A stretch of 64,000 nucleotides of DNA from Andalucia godoyi And28 (taxonomy: Eukaryota; Protista; Jakobida): contig VRVR01000051.1 of the NCBI GenBank assembly GCA_009859145.1, positions 2,549-66,548 on the forward strand, in the 5' to 3' direction. The position numbers and the translations under genes were made by a program. Shown piece after piece: positions 1 to 10,379 of this stretch. The notes under the pieces were generated by a model. It saw only the letters and a list, made by a program, of their open reading frames with translations. It was not told where the DNA came from and did not search any database. Each line of letters starts with the position of its first letter. The stretch's first letter is position 1.

Positions 1-988
1 CGATCGTTATACCTCTGAATGCCGTTGGCGACGAGGGACTTCACCGCTCCTGCGTTCCCAAAGTTGGGCATGCACCGAAGGCCGGCCAGGTGCTTGATGC
101 ACATCTCGGCGACATCCCGAGGTATGTCAAAGTTTGCAGACCTCGCATCGCCGACCAGAATGCGCTCCAGCTCCGAGTCCGAGAAGTCGTCCAGGCGCAG
201 ACGACGCTCAAATTGCACGCGACGACTGAGGCCGGGATTCGCATTGCGGATCATGTCCTCCATCTGCTGTTCGTACCCCGCCAAAATCAAGCACATATCA
301 GCACCAGGCTCCGGAGACACGAGCCCGACAAGGGTGTCGATGGCGGACTTGGAATGCGACGTGCCAGCATCCAGTTGGTACGCCTCGTCAATAAACAAAA
401 CATTCCCGCGTGCCGCCTCCAGCAGTTCTGCAGTCTTCTTCTCGCTTCCACTCGTCAGATCCTTTGCGGTTTTCTCCAGAAAATCTCCTTTGCTCAGCAG
501 CCCCAGATCCTTCAGCAGACCAGCATAGCGCCGGGCAAAGGTCGTTTTGCCCGTCCCCGGATTCCCAACAATTGCAAGATTCAGAACCACAGAGTCCGGC
601 TCGAGACCCGCGTCTTCGCACCGATCATGCCTTCAATCGCCAGCCAATGCTTGTTGTCCCGCGGGAGAGTCCGTGGGCCCAGCACGTCATCCATCCGCAG
701 AGCCCGGGCTTCGAGAGGCGGAACGCTCTGGATGGATCCATGTGCAGTACAGCCAGAGTCAGTGTCGCACGATCTGTGGGGGATATGGCTGTGTGCTGTA
801 CGAGTGCGTGACGGGGAGAATTCTGGTTTGCGAGGAAGAAAACGACCGCAATGTGGAACACCGAGTCCGTGACGGGGACACGCCCACGTGGCCGGCAGAT
901 GTGAAGCAGCGGCAAGCACTTCGCAAACCCAGCGACGCAGGAGCTCTGAAGAAGCCTTGCTGGAAGAAATCGATGAGCTTTCGATCAT
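1..988 (-). pseudogene. CbbX/SpoVK-like AAA+ ATPase, interrupted by a frame change near 620-635 and running off the window edge
   Basis: Manual translation of the minus strand, 632 to 3: VVLNLAIVGNPGTGKTTFARRYAGLLKDLGLLSKGDF (Walker A), NVLFIDEAY (Walker B), LILAGYEQQMEDMIRNANPGLSRR and MPNFGNAGAV. This frame has TGA at 633-635 and no ATG before Walker A. The upstream homologous segment (LRMDDVLGP...WLAIEGMIG) is in the 581..988 frame. Confidence 0.7.
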
Positions 989-1439
989 CCACTAGATATT
1001 TTACGATTGACCAACAACAGGTTTGAAGAATCTCCCCAAAGTAGTTGTTTCTATGAATACAATTCTAGCTTGAAATTCGTTTGGTTTGGTGGTTTCCCTG
1101 TCATCTCCGCCCGACCCTGACCCGAATGATCCAGCGGCCATTGTCAACTCCACATATCCTCCTTGGTACAATCAGTAAACCAGCGAACAGACAGAGCAAA
1201 AGAGTTTTAGAGTGCTGAAATTGAACGCAGGATACGGCTTCGGGTATAAGAAAGGGCGAAATAATGAACGCAGTGATGACACTCTTCTGCTCTCAAAGAG
1301 CAAATATGTATGTGAAAGAGCAAGGCAAAGAAAAAAGGCGTTGGTCCGTGAAGCACTGCAGACTGTATGTGGTGCTCTCGAAGGAGACTCCTGAGGGTTC
1401 TGTATATGTACACGCTTCACCAAACACACTTGTGATTCA

Positions 1440-2954
1440 TCATCCATCTCCAAAAATGATGAGAACAACTGTGGATATGATCGACAGCATTATTCCAAGT
1501 GGGAACAATGCAATCGACACCATTCGCATGTAGGGAAAGTCTTTCTTCGCAAGCATCGGGACAATTCTTCCCGACACGTGAAAACTGCGCTCGCCTACAT
1601 CTTCCAGTTTCTGCCAGAATGCCCAACGCGAGATCTGCGGATATCCTCCGTGTGTCTTCAGAAACATCAGCGGCGGAAGAATGTAACAGACGCTTGTGGA
1701 AGCAATTGCACCCGCAATGGAATACACAATCGTGAGAGAAGGGACGAAGAGTGTAATGAGAAGTACCACGGCTACAATCGCAGTCGACAGCCTGAGGGAT
1801 CGTTTCGCAGACGACGGTTTTCCAGCCCAAAACAGTTCGTCAATCGCACTTCGCATTGGAAAGGAAGAAAAGGGGTATGTCGTTGCCAACGAGACCACAT
1901 ACACCAGACGAACAGCCTTGAACATATCCTGTCCGGACTTTCCCATGTTCACAAGCACATCGGCGCTCGTATTGTCCCAGTATAGATAGTACGCGCAGAA
2001 TCCAATGACGGAATACACGACAAAACAGAGAATGGAACCCATGGATATGACCCATGCCATTTTCCCCGGGGACGATTGCTTCAGCTCAAACTGGATCGGA
2101 TATAGATTCGAATGGCATGTGTATGCAAACGAGATAACTGGAATTGCAACGAAAAGCGTGATGCCATCCCCAGAAAATCCGGCATGGAACGACCCGCTTC
2201 TCTTGCCTCCGTCGTTCTCCTGGCCATTCGTTCCTGAAGAATCTGCATCTGGCTCGCCACCCTTCATAGAACACTCCGCAATGAGTGCAAACAAAAAGAA
2301 GACGATGATAGCCATCGACAAGTAGGACGTGAATCGCAGTGAATTCATCCTTCGCAAGCAGGCAAGCGGCCAAAGGACAAAGACGGACAGCATCGTCATG
2401 ATCCCTGCTCTCGAAAATATTGTGTCTGCAACGTCTTTGGAGACAAACGATTGCAAGTCTTGTTCTAGTACGTCGGTCATCACATATGTGTATGCTGTAC
2501 AAGCTCCGAGATTAATGATGATCATGGAGATCACAATCCACAATCGTCCGTACTTTCCAAAAAGCACAAACGCAATTTCTTCATACGATGGAATCCGCAA
2601 TAGATGACCGACGTACACGAGCAGTTGGAGCGAGACGGCGGACAACACCGCACCAACCACCAGTAGAAAAATCATCATTCCGGCACCATTATCCTTGAAG
2701 AGAAGCGGGAGGCTCAGCACCCCAGCTCCAATGATCGAGTTTGCCAAGTTCACAGTGGAGGACACAATCGTCCCCGTCGCTTCATGTGCCGGAATTGCGG
2801 ACAAGTTTTCCCCGTCCTCTTCTCCGAGCTCCTCTCCGTCTCCAACCTCTTCCTGCGCATCTTCTTGCTCCTGATACTCTGCACCCACGAGCGACGTCGA
2901 TGATGAGACATGACGGCTCGTTAACTCTCCAAGCTCCACATGGTCTGAAGACAT
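1440..2954 (-). CDS. Amino acid transporter (Aa_trans / SLC38-AVT family)
   Basis: NLANSIIGAGVLSLP, FAYTCHSNLYPI and YPFSSFPMR motifs, about 11 hydrophobic segments and an acidic N-terminal tail. First ATG is at 2954. Confidence 0.9.
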   Translation of the reverse strand: MSSDHVELGELTSRHVSSSTSLVGAEYQEQEDAQEEVGDGEELGEEDGENLSAIPAHEATGTIVSSTVNLANSIIGAGVLSLPLLFKDNGAGMMIFLLVVGAVLSAVSLQLLVYVGHLLRIPSYEEIAFVLFGKYGRLWIVISMIIINLGACTAYTYVMTDVLEQDLQSFVSKDVADTIFSRAGIMTMLSVFVLWPLACLRRMNSLRFTSYLSMAIIVFFLFALIAECSMKGGEPDADSSGTNGQENDGGKRSGSFHAGFSGDGITLFVAIPVISFAYTCHSNLYPIQFELKQSSPGKMAWVISMGSILCFVVYSVIGFCAYYLYWDNTSADVLVNMGKSGQDMFKAVRLVYVVSLATTYPFSSFPMRSAIDELFWAGKPSSAKRSLRLSTAIVAVVLLITLFVPSLTIVYSIAGAIASTSVCYILPPLMFLKTHGGYPQISRWAFWQKLEDVGERSFHVSGRIVPMLAKKDFPYMRMVSIALFPLGIMLSIISTVVLIIFGDG

Positions 2955-3161
2955 GTTACAAACAGCCGCTCTGCCAACAAACAAGCAAACACAGACGACG
3001 GAACGAAAGCATCAGAATCCCCGAAAACGCGGTCCCGCCGTCCTTCCTGTTTCTTCTTGTCTCAGGTGCACTGTGCAGCTACTGCTGGTAACTCTGGAGC
3101 CTTTTGACTTCCGCGATCCTGCAACTACAGCAGACGGAACCTGCTGTAGGTCTGCTACAAA

Positions 3162-4622
3162 ATGTGTTTGAGTCGAAGCTGGGGCCGTCGATTCGTTTCA
3201 AAAAGCAAAAACCTTTTGAGTGATCAAAACCGTGTGCGTTTCACTCTGTGAACCTTTCGTGGAAGTGTCCAATCAATTTTTTTCTCCTTTTCGATTGGAC
3301 TTCTTTTTTTATTTCTGTTATCCATATATATATATTTATTTATTTTACTTTTAAATCCCCCGTTTCTTATTGGCATTTTTTTGGGGGATAGTTTAGAATT
3401 GCCATTCCGTGATTTTTCCAAGATAACGGCTACAATTGATTCCAAGCTGTCTCCCGTCTTTTCTCGGGAAGACGAGTCGGCACAGCTCCAGCTCCAGCTC
3501 CAGCACCAGCATCTGCCTGTCAGCGTGCTTCACCCTGCCGGCAGCCTAATACCGCTGCCCTCCTGTTCTTCTTCATCATCCTCTTCTTCCTCCTCCTCCT
3601 CCTCCTCCTCATCATCATCATCATCATCATCATCGTCGTCGTCGTCGTCGTCGTCGTCGTCTGCCGCTGCATCGTTGCTAAAGGACCCAGCTCACATCGA
3701 TATTTCACCGTTTGCACACCAGGTTGCAGGGCATGGGATTCTTCTTTCTGTACCTGGCGGGAAGCTCTGCAAGCCTGCCAAGACTCGGGAAGTCAAATTC
3801 TACACACTGCTTGCAGAAGGAAAGTACCCGATGATCAAACCGTTTGTCCCAAAGTACTATGGATGGCTGGAGATTAACGTTGGTCACAACAACAATGATC
3901 GGACGGAGCACTTGGATGACAGTACTATGGAAATGCACACAACCAATGATGTGAAGTGCGGCACGATTTCGTGGAAGAAGCTGCTGTTGGAGCGATTTCA
4001 TGCGGAGGTCATTGCTTCGCAGGAGTCCTCGCAGAGATACATAGTAATCGAGGACATGACATACAAGTTCAAGAGGCCGTGCGTCCTGGACTTGAAAATC
4101 GGCTTGAAGCAATCCGGACCGGATGCACCGTTGTCCAAACAGCTTGCACAGCAGGAAAAAGTGTCGAAAACGACGTCTGCCCGACTTGGTGTCCGTATGT
4201 GCGGCATGAAGTTTTGGCAGATCGACACAGCACAGTACGTGTACCAGGACAAGTACGTCGGGCGTGTTGTGACGGAAGACAACCTGCGAGATTCTGTCGA
4301 GGCATTCTTCAATAACGGTTGTGAAGTGAGGCGAGATGTCGCCCAGGTATTGCACGACCGTCTTGCCCAAGTGTTGGATGTGATGCTTCTTCAAAAGGAA
4401 TTGAAATTTTTCTCGTCCTCTCTTCTTGTCGTGTACGAGGGCGACAAGGAAGCGGCTGCGCAGTCGGGTCTCGTTGCGGAGGTTCGAATGGTGGATTTTG
4501 CGAACACTTATTTTAATCTGGATCTTGATCAGGTGGACCACGGTTACATACGGGGTATCCAAACGACTCTTCGCGTTCTCGATGACATCTCGCGGGACAC
4601 CCGCCGAGAGTCTTATCTCTGA
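3162..4622 (+). CDS. IPMK: Inositol polyphosphate (multi)kinase, IPK family; probable short 5' exon 3162-3233 and intron 3234-3422
   Basis: HQVAGH, PCVLDLKIG (PxxxDxKxG), SSSLL and MVDFA motifs, plus a poly-Ser tract. The main ORF has no ATG before 3831. An in-frame ATG at 3162 with GTGCGT...TTTCCAAG (189 nt, AT-rich) would restore the N-terminus; this splice is inferred. Confidence 0.85.
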
Positions 4623-4998
4623 GCATTGGCCGATTCGTTCCAACCCGCCTTCTCTCTTTTTTTTTTTTTTTCTTCTTTTTGCGTCTTGGCGCTCCACATT
4701 CGGAGACGTTTGGTGGGTCGCTCCAAGGAGTACATTGAACATGGAGCAGAGACCATTCTGCTGTATGATTCGTTTGTTCTCGTCAACGCATCTCCCTGCC
4801 CGTTCAAAACTCTCACTCTCTCTCTCTCTCTCTCTCTCTCTTCCTGTCGTTAGTCGCGTCGAATATTCTTTGGATAGCTTGTTCCATTTTTGCGGAGATT
4901 CGTGCTGTAAAATGTGTTTTGGTCTCCTCTGTTTGCTTGTCTGTTTTGTCTGTTTTTTGTTTGTTTTTTGCTATTTCGTGTCCGAACTCGGACGTCTC

Positions 4999-5430
4999 CC
5001 GCTCGCCAAAACATGAATCATTATTGGTCATCGGCTAAGATGTCACCGAAAACAGATCCAAGCCACACGTTTCATTTCAATTTGAGAAGGGCACCAGCAC
5101 TTCCATGCAGACTGCTCTGCATCAAAGGGGCGTCGCAACCACGGGTTTCTTGGTTCTCGGCATCTTCGGGCATGGCCGGATTGAGTTTGTTGAGAAGATC
5201 CCCCTTTGGAGCCAGGCGATGTTTTGTCCTTGATGAAAGGGGCTTCAGTGTTCGATGAAAGACAGACCGAAAAACATGGAAAGAAGAAAGAAAATGGTGA
5301 AGAAAATTCTGGACTTGACTACGGTAGGGAACACCGCGTCTGCTTGGGGTTAGATAAAGTAAACTTTCTGGTATGATGTTGTTGTTTGATGTTCAATGCT
5401 GATATACAAAAAAGCTGTCAACCGTCGTCC
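4999..5430 (+). repeat. Dispersed repeat, copy A (homologous to 60240-60684, opposite strand)
   Basis: Four conserved blocks are alignable by eye. The core 5150-5214 matches the reverse complement of 60451-60515 at 60 of 65 nt. Confidence 0.85.
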
Positions 5431-5573
5431 TGGTCCACAAGTGTCCAGCTACCGCGAAGAGGAAAGAAAAAAGACCAGAAGAAGATTGTGCAGGCACGTA
5501 TCGATAGACCTGCATACCTGCATTCGTTGCATACATACATACAAAGAGAGAAAGTAGAGGGTGATTCTCGGCG

Positions 5574-6299
5574 ATGTCTGTACTCACTGCAGAATTGATT
5601 TTCCAAAAGACCAAGTGCTCGACGCTTGAGGAAGTGAAGATGCTCAACATTTGGGGCTCTCGAGTTCGGGATGTGTCGATTCTTGAAAGAATGCCGAACG
5701 TGGAAGTCCTTTCGCTAACAATGAACCAGATTTCCTCCATCGAGCCATTTACAAAGTGCCCCAAGCTGAAAGAGCTCTACTTGCGCAAGAACGAGATCCA
5801 GTCGTTGGACGGTCTGGATGTTCTGTCGCGATCGTGTCCTCAGTTGCGAGTGCTTTGGCTGTGTGACAATCCATGTGCAAAACCACCTTCCTATCGCTCT
5901 GATGTCATCCGGCTTGTTCCGCAGCTTACGACTCTTGACAACGAAGCCATCACAGCATCGCAGCGGGCTGAGGCCGGCCGCCCTTCTGATGCTCGGTCAC
6001 CAAGCAGTGGCGGTCGGGATTCTCCACGCAGTCTTCCGCCTCGCACTCCTTCGCCCTCGCTCGATGTTCTTGCTCCATCTCCTCGGTCCACACCCATCCA
6101 GCCTGTTCCTGCGCCAGCTCCAGCACCTGCTCCACCGCAACCGCAACTGCAGCCGCAGCCGCAGCCGCTTTCCCAAGCCCCTCCGCACCGCGCCGACGAT
6201 TCTTCCAGGTCTTCCAACGTGCTGTATGCAGTGCTGACCCTGCTCAAAGAACTGAATTCTGAAGAAAAGCAAATTGTGCTTCGTGAGCTTTTGCGATGA
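5574..6299 (+). CDS. CFAP410: Cilia- and flagella-associated LRR protein CFAP410/C21orf2
   Basis: VKMLNIWGSRVRDVSILERMPNVEVLSL, LKELYLRKNEI, LRVLWLCDNPC, an LRR cap (YR..VI..VPQLTTLD) and C-terminal SNVLYAVLTLLKEL. Confidence 0.9.
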   Translation: MSVLTAELIFQKTKCSTLEEVKMLNIWGSRVRDVSILERMPNVEVLSLTMNQISSIEPFTKCPKLKELYLRKNEIQSLDGLDVLSRSCPQLRVLWLCDNPCAKPPSYRSDVIRLVPQLTTLDNEAITASQRAEAGRPSDARSPSSGGRDSPRSLPPRTPSPSLDVLAPSPRSTPIQPVPAPAPAPAPPQPQLQPQPQPLSQAPPHRADDSSRSSNVLYAVLTLLKELNSEEKQIVLRELLR

Positions 6300-6585
6300 A
6301 AATCTATCAGAACAGCTCCTCAATTGACTGAGCAGTCCCAACAACACGTACTGGAAAAAAGACATGTCTTGGATGCATAAATTACTCGTTATTGCTCTGC
6401 ACTTTCCTCTTTCTTCCTTTTCTGGTTTTCTTTTTTTCTTTTTTATCTTTTCTTTTTAACTTTTCTAGTGGACTCGTTAATTTCTTGGCTTGGTGTCTCT
6501 TTTTTTCTCCTCTCCACCTGCCCGTTCTTCCATTGCATTGCGCATTTGCTCCCACATCATGTCTGCAATCCGTTCTTTCTTTGTC

Positions 6586-7578
6586 TCACTGAGGCACAAT
6601 CGCTTCAAAGTGCGCACGGATGTTTGCAATCTTTGAAGAAAGGACCGACAACCCTGTTCGTACAATCTGGACGGCAGGCATGCTTCCCGTGCTTTCAACA
6701 TCAAATTGGACATCCAAAGCGCCATTGTTTGCATCTCTGCGCTCCCCTACGGTCAACAACGCTCTGTCTCGTTGTCTCCAAATCCCTGAAACCGCCTCCT
6801 TTGTTCTGACAATCTCTTCCGACTTGCGCAAGCACTCTCGGCAGAAGGTGCAGCCGTCCGGTCTTTCCACCACCAACTTGTCCGACTCTTCGACATACGC
6901 GAACACGCGAGAAGGACAACTTGCAGCAATTGCCTCCTTATCCTCTGGCTCAAGCTTCGCCAGCGATGACTCGTTGAGCTTAATGACGGGTCTGCGCACA
7001 AACCGCGCAGTTCCAACTGGGGACCATTTTGCATGAACCTTTCCTACTCCTTTGTATGCAATGCATTTCAAATGAAGCCTTTGTCCGCGCTTCAATCGCA
7101 TGATCTCAATGCCAGGGTCCGAGTCCCCTGCAAGGAACACGCCAACATTGGTGTTTGATATGGGCTTGAGATCCCTGGCTGTCACTCGGATCGGGGGTAG
7201 CTCTTCTCCTTCTGCAGACGCCGTCGACGGAGGGAAATCGAATCCGGCACGAAGCTCGAACACAATACAGCAGTGGTCACATCCGTCAAAGCATGAGCAC
7301 GACGTCTTGTCTGTGAACTGCTCCATGTGAGGCACCGCAAGAGGCACAAGTCCTAGGCGATGTGCAATAAACTCGTCAAACAGAATCGACGAATTCTCAA
7401 TAACATCCACGTGGTCAATCGTCATTGTCGCAACTTCTGCAATCATCGATCTTCGAAGAGCATTTGCCAATGACAGATCCACATTATTCACATCAAATAC
7501 ACACCGCGCGTCAGTCATCTCGTGGATTATCACAGGCGGCGCACTTTCCAGCCGCCCAAACTGCGCAAACGACGCCAT
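6586..7578 (-). CDS. RPB3: DNA-directed RNA polymerase II subunit RPB3
   Basis: LANALRRSMIAEV, DEFIAHRLGLVPL, Zn motif CSCFDGCDHC, GKVHAKWSP and FDVESTGSM. Confidence 0.9.
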   Translation of the reverse strand: MASFAQFGRLESAPPVIIHEMTDARCVFDVNNVDLSLANALRRSMIAEVATMTIDHVDVIENSSILFDEFIAHRLGLVPLAVPHMEQFTDKTSCSCFDGCDHCCIVFELRAGFDFPPSTASAEGEELPPIRVTARDLKPISNTNVGVFLAGDSDPGIEIMRLKRGQRLHLKCIAYKGVGKVHAKWSPVGTARFVRRPVIKLNESSLAKLEPEDKEAIAASCPSRVFAYVEESDKLVVERPDGCTFCRECLRKSEEIVRTKEAVSGIWRQRDRALLTVGERRDANNGALDVQFDVESTGSMPAVQIVRTGLSVLSSKIANIRAHFEAIVPQ

Positions 7579-8096
7579 CCTTCAAGAAGAAGAAGAAACA
7601 ACCGAAACTTTGGGGGAGAAGGAAGAGGTCAGTTTGGTACGTGACCAAAAATAACAATAACAATAACAATAATAATAACAATAATAATAACAATAATAAG
7701 TGGGAATCGAAGAACAGCACAGAATGCAGGAAAATGTAAAAGCTAAAGACGACGACAAAAAGGAAAAGTGGAGGTAGGGCACATTAGGGAAGTGGGAAGC
7801 GGGCCTAGGCTCAATTGATCCAGGCTGGACTTCACCCCTTTTATTCTTTTGCCATGCAAGCCTCTTTTTTTTTTTTTGACCGCCATTTCCCCACTCCTCC
7901 CGTCTTTTGCTTTGCGCGACTGCAGAGACCAGAGACCTTTTGCGCGCGCGCGCGAGAGAGAGAGACAGAGAGAGAGAGGCAACGAAAAAGAGAAAAGAGG
8001 AAAAGAAGAAAAGAAGAAAAAGACCACAAAACAAAAAAAAGACAACCAGCAAAGACGCGAGTGAAGGGGTGCGTTCGGTTTCGGTGCAGAAAAGGT

Positions 8097-8798
8097 ATGA
8101 GTCAAGCGATGATGATGTCTCCTTCATACGAAGGCTCTTCACTTGCGTTGCTTCGCGCTGCGGTTCTATCACACCTACCGGACGAGGAGTCTTGCCAGAA
8201 GTATCTGAGTCTTTTGCGGTCGTTTTTCCTTGCGAAGGTGTCGGTGTCGGAGATGCACGACGTCCTCACGACGCAGCTCTTTACCGATGCCCCAGGCGGA
8301 CTCGTTGCTCACAATCGCTATTTATTCGGAATTCTATTAGCTGCACGGACAGCGCCAAACCAGCTTCCATCGCGAGATGCTGCGTTTGAGCAACTGCAGA
8401 AGCTGCATGCGGCCATTCACTCGTCCCAGCGGCAGGCGCAGGTTACCATTGTTCCCCCAACAGAGTCCAGCCCTCTCGACGCAAGACTTCGGAAGCGCAT
8501 CGAAGCGCTTTTCCAGCTTGCGGATAACCCTACTCAGCCTGCCATGTCCGTCGACGATCAGGTTCTTCCTTTTCTCCGGCTTGCTGTTGAATCCCATATC
8601 AAGGATCTTATAATGCGCATGATTTCGTTTGCTTCTTCCAGTGTCATTCGCATTGACGAGCTGCTGTGCATGGTAGTGGCCGATGGATCGGATCTGCTCG
8701 GCGACGAGGCGGTTGCAGAGCGGGAAAAGGTCCTTGCGCTGCAGCGTGTCAGTCGCGGTGTCCGAGACAGGCGTCTGGAATGGATTTCCAGAGAGTGA
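8097..8798 (+). CDS. TADA1: SAGA subunit TADA1/Hfi1-like
   Basis: KYLSLLRSFFLAKVSVSEM...AHNRYLFGIL N-terminal motif and a histone-fold-like C-terminus (LRKRIE...FLRLAVESHIKDLI). ATG at 8097; the upstream part of the ORF is repeat-derived. Confidence 0.7.
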   Translation: MSQAMMMSPSYEGSSLALLRAAVLSHLPDEESCQKYLSLLRSFFLAKVSVSEMHDVLTTQLFTDAPGGLVAHNRYLFGILLAARTAPNQLPSRDAAFEQLQKLHAAIHSSQRQAQVTIVPPTESSPLDARLRKRIEALFQLADNPTQPAMSVDDQVLPFLRLAVESHIKDLIMRMISFASSSVIRIDELLCMVVADGSDLLGDEAVAEREKVLALQRVSRGVRDRRLEWISRE

Positions 8799-9063
8799 AC
8801 TGTGCACGATGCTAGCATCCGGCGCTTCACCCAAATCCTCCTTTGTACATACCTAGCAGCAGTAACAATAGTTTGTAATTTAAAAAAATATTTGAACAAG
8901 ACAGAGGGAAAACGAATCATGCACCCCACCCCCATGCAATAGAACAAGAACAGAAAGGCATAATCCGCTAGCACGGAATAGTATACACTGAATGCAGACG
9001 CAGAAAGGAGAGAGGCAAATACAAGACAAGAGGAGGTTCCAAAGAGGTCTTCCACGGAGAGTG

Positions 9064-10029
9064 TTAGGATACTTCAAACTCGATTTTCAGAGAGTCGATG
9101 ACGGCGGTTGCACGGCCGCGGTCAAGGCCGTCTTGGGAGACTGCAATCGCCAATCTGTGATCGAACAGCCTTCTTAGATCCGCTTCGTGGAAAATACGTT
9201 CTTCTACAATCTGTGCGACAACCGAATCGCGAAGGACAACATACGCATCTTCTTCTTCGTACTGTTGCTGATGCGGTTGTGATTGTTCTTGTTGCTGTTG
9301 TTGCTGTTGATGTGCACTTTGGCTGCCGTCCACGGTCTTTGACGGGGATTCGGAATCCGAACTGGGGACCGTGTCCCGATAAGGAGACTCCACAGAGTGC
9401 GAATGGCTGTTTGCAGTATGCGGTCTTCCGTTCGCACCGGGGCTGCTAGACAATGAACGAGACCCGTGTGCAGCCGTTCTTGGCCTTGCCCTCTCCTTCT
9501 CCTTTTCCTTCAGTTGCAGCTCAGCAACAACAGAGGAAAGAGACGCGGCTGGTGTCCATGCTCTGCGCATCAACATGGACGGATGCACAGTCGGATCAAA
9601 CGGGTTCTTCTTTCGCTGCGCAACCGAGTCCAGTTCCATAATGCGTTTCTGCAGACTGGAGAGGTTCCGCTCATGCTCGGCCTGGTTCATCGTTCCGATG
9701 CGGCGCTGACGCTGTGCAGAAAGCTCGCTGGACATGTGAAACGAGCTTGGCTCTTTGCAGTCCACGCTTGGTTTGATGCGCGACAAATCGTATCCAAGCG
9801 ATGCAGTGGAGGAGAGCGACGATTTCAAAGTCGTGGAATGGTTCAAACTGGGAGAGCGGCTTCCAGAACGGGATGACGGACGCGCAGAAAGCGGCTTGCG
9901 GGGCTGGTGAGAGTCAATTGTCGGACGAACCATTGCCAACCGCTTCGAATGCGCAAGCTTTTCCTGAACAATCAGCGAACGGCCGGAATCCGATCGTATG
10001 TCGGGTACAAACACTGCAGACTTGCGCAT
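9064..10029 (-). CDS. SPATA7: SPATA7/HSD3-like ciliary protein
   Basis: N-terminal LIVQEKLAHSKRLAMVRPTIDSHQP and C-terminal EEDAYVVLRDSVVAQIVEERIFHEADLRRLF...LKIEF resemble the two conserved SPATA7 blocks, joined by a low-complexity linker. Confidence 0.55.
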   Translation of the reverse strand: MRKSAVFVPDIRSDSGRSLIVQEKLAHSKRLAMVRPTIDSHQPRKPLSARPSSRSGSRSPSLNHSTTLKSSLSSTASLGYDLSRIKPSVDCKEPSSFHMSSELSAQRQRRIGTMNQAEHERNLSSLQKRIMELDSVAQRKKNPFDPTVHPSMLMRRAWTPAASLSSVVAELQLKEKEKERARPRTAAHGSRSLSSSPGANGRPHTANSHSHSVESPYRDTVPSSDSESPSKTVDGSQSAHQQQQQQQEQSQPHQQQYEEEDAYVVLRDSVVAQIVEERIFHEADLRRLFDHRLAIAVSQDGLDRGRATAVIDSLKIEFEVS

Positions 10030-10379
10030 ACTGGACGAATTCCTTCTCAGGAATTTGAGAACTCGGAAACCACAAATAAATAAAGCCAAGCAGGATTGAC
10101 CAGAAAACAGCAATCAGCAAACCCAACGGAAATCAAGATCGAAAACCTAAGCATCCGAAATCAGCCAAAACTCGGGGGGGGAAGGGGTAAACAGGGAAGA
10201 GCTACAAAAGGCAGCGGTTGGCCGCTGCCACTCATTGCGCATGGGTGGACAGTTACTGTACCAGCGCCAAAGATTTCCAGTCGCAGATTTGTTTTTACAG
10301 CAGGGATGCCTGGTTCCCGTGCTGATTCTTTTTAACGGTCGCTAATGTCGGGTAACTTTTTCCATCCCGCACCTGGACC

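Noticed and set aside
1270-1395. GTGATGA ... CTGA spaced ~120 nt apart (possible C/D RNA); similar GTGATGA at ~53960
   Set aside because: No terminal stem, internal boxes or guide could be recognised; these short motifs are common by chance.
5225-5270. Hammerhead-like TGATGA...GAAA in the dispersed repeat
   Set aside because: Copy A has TTGATGA rather than CTGATGA, and stems I and III cannot be formed.
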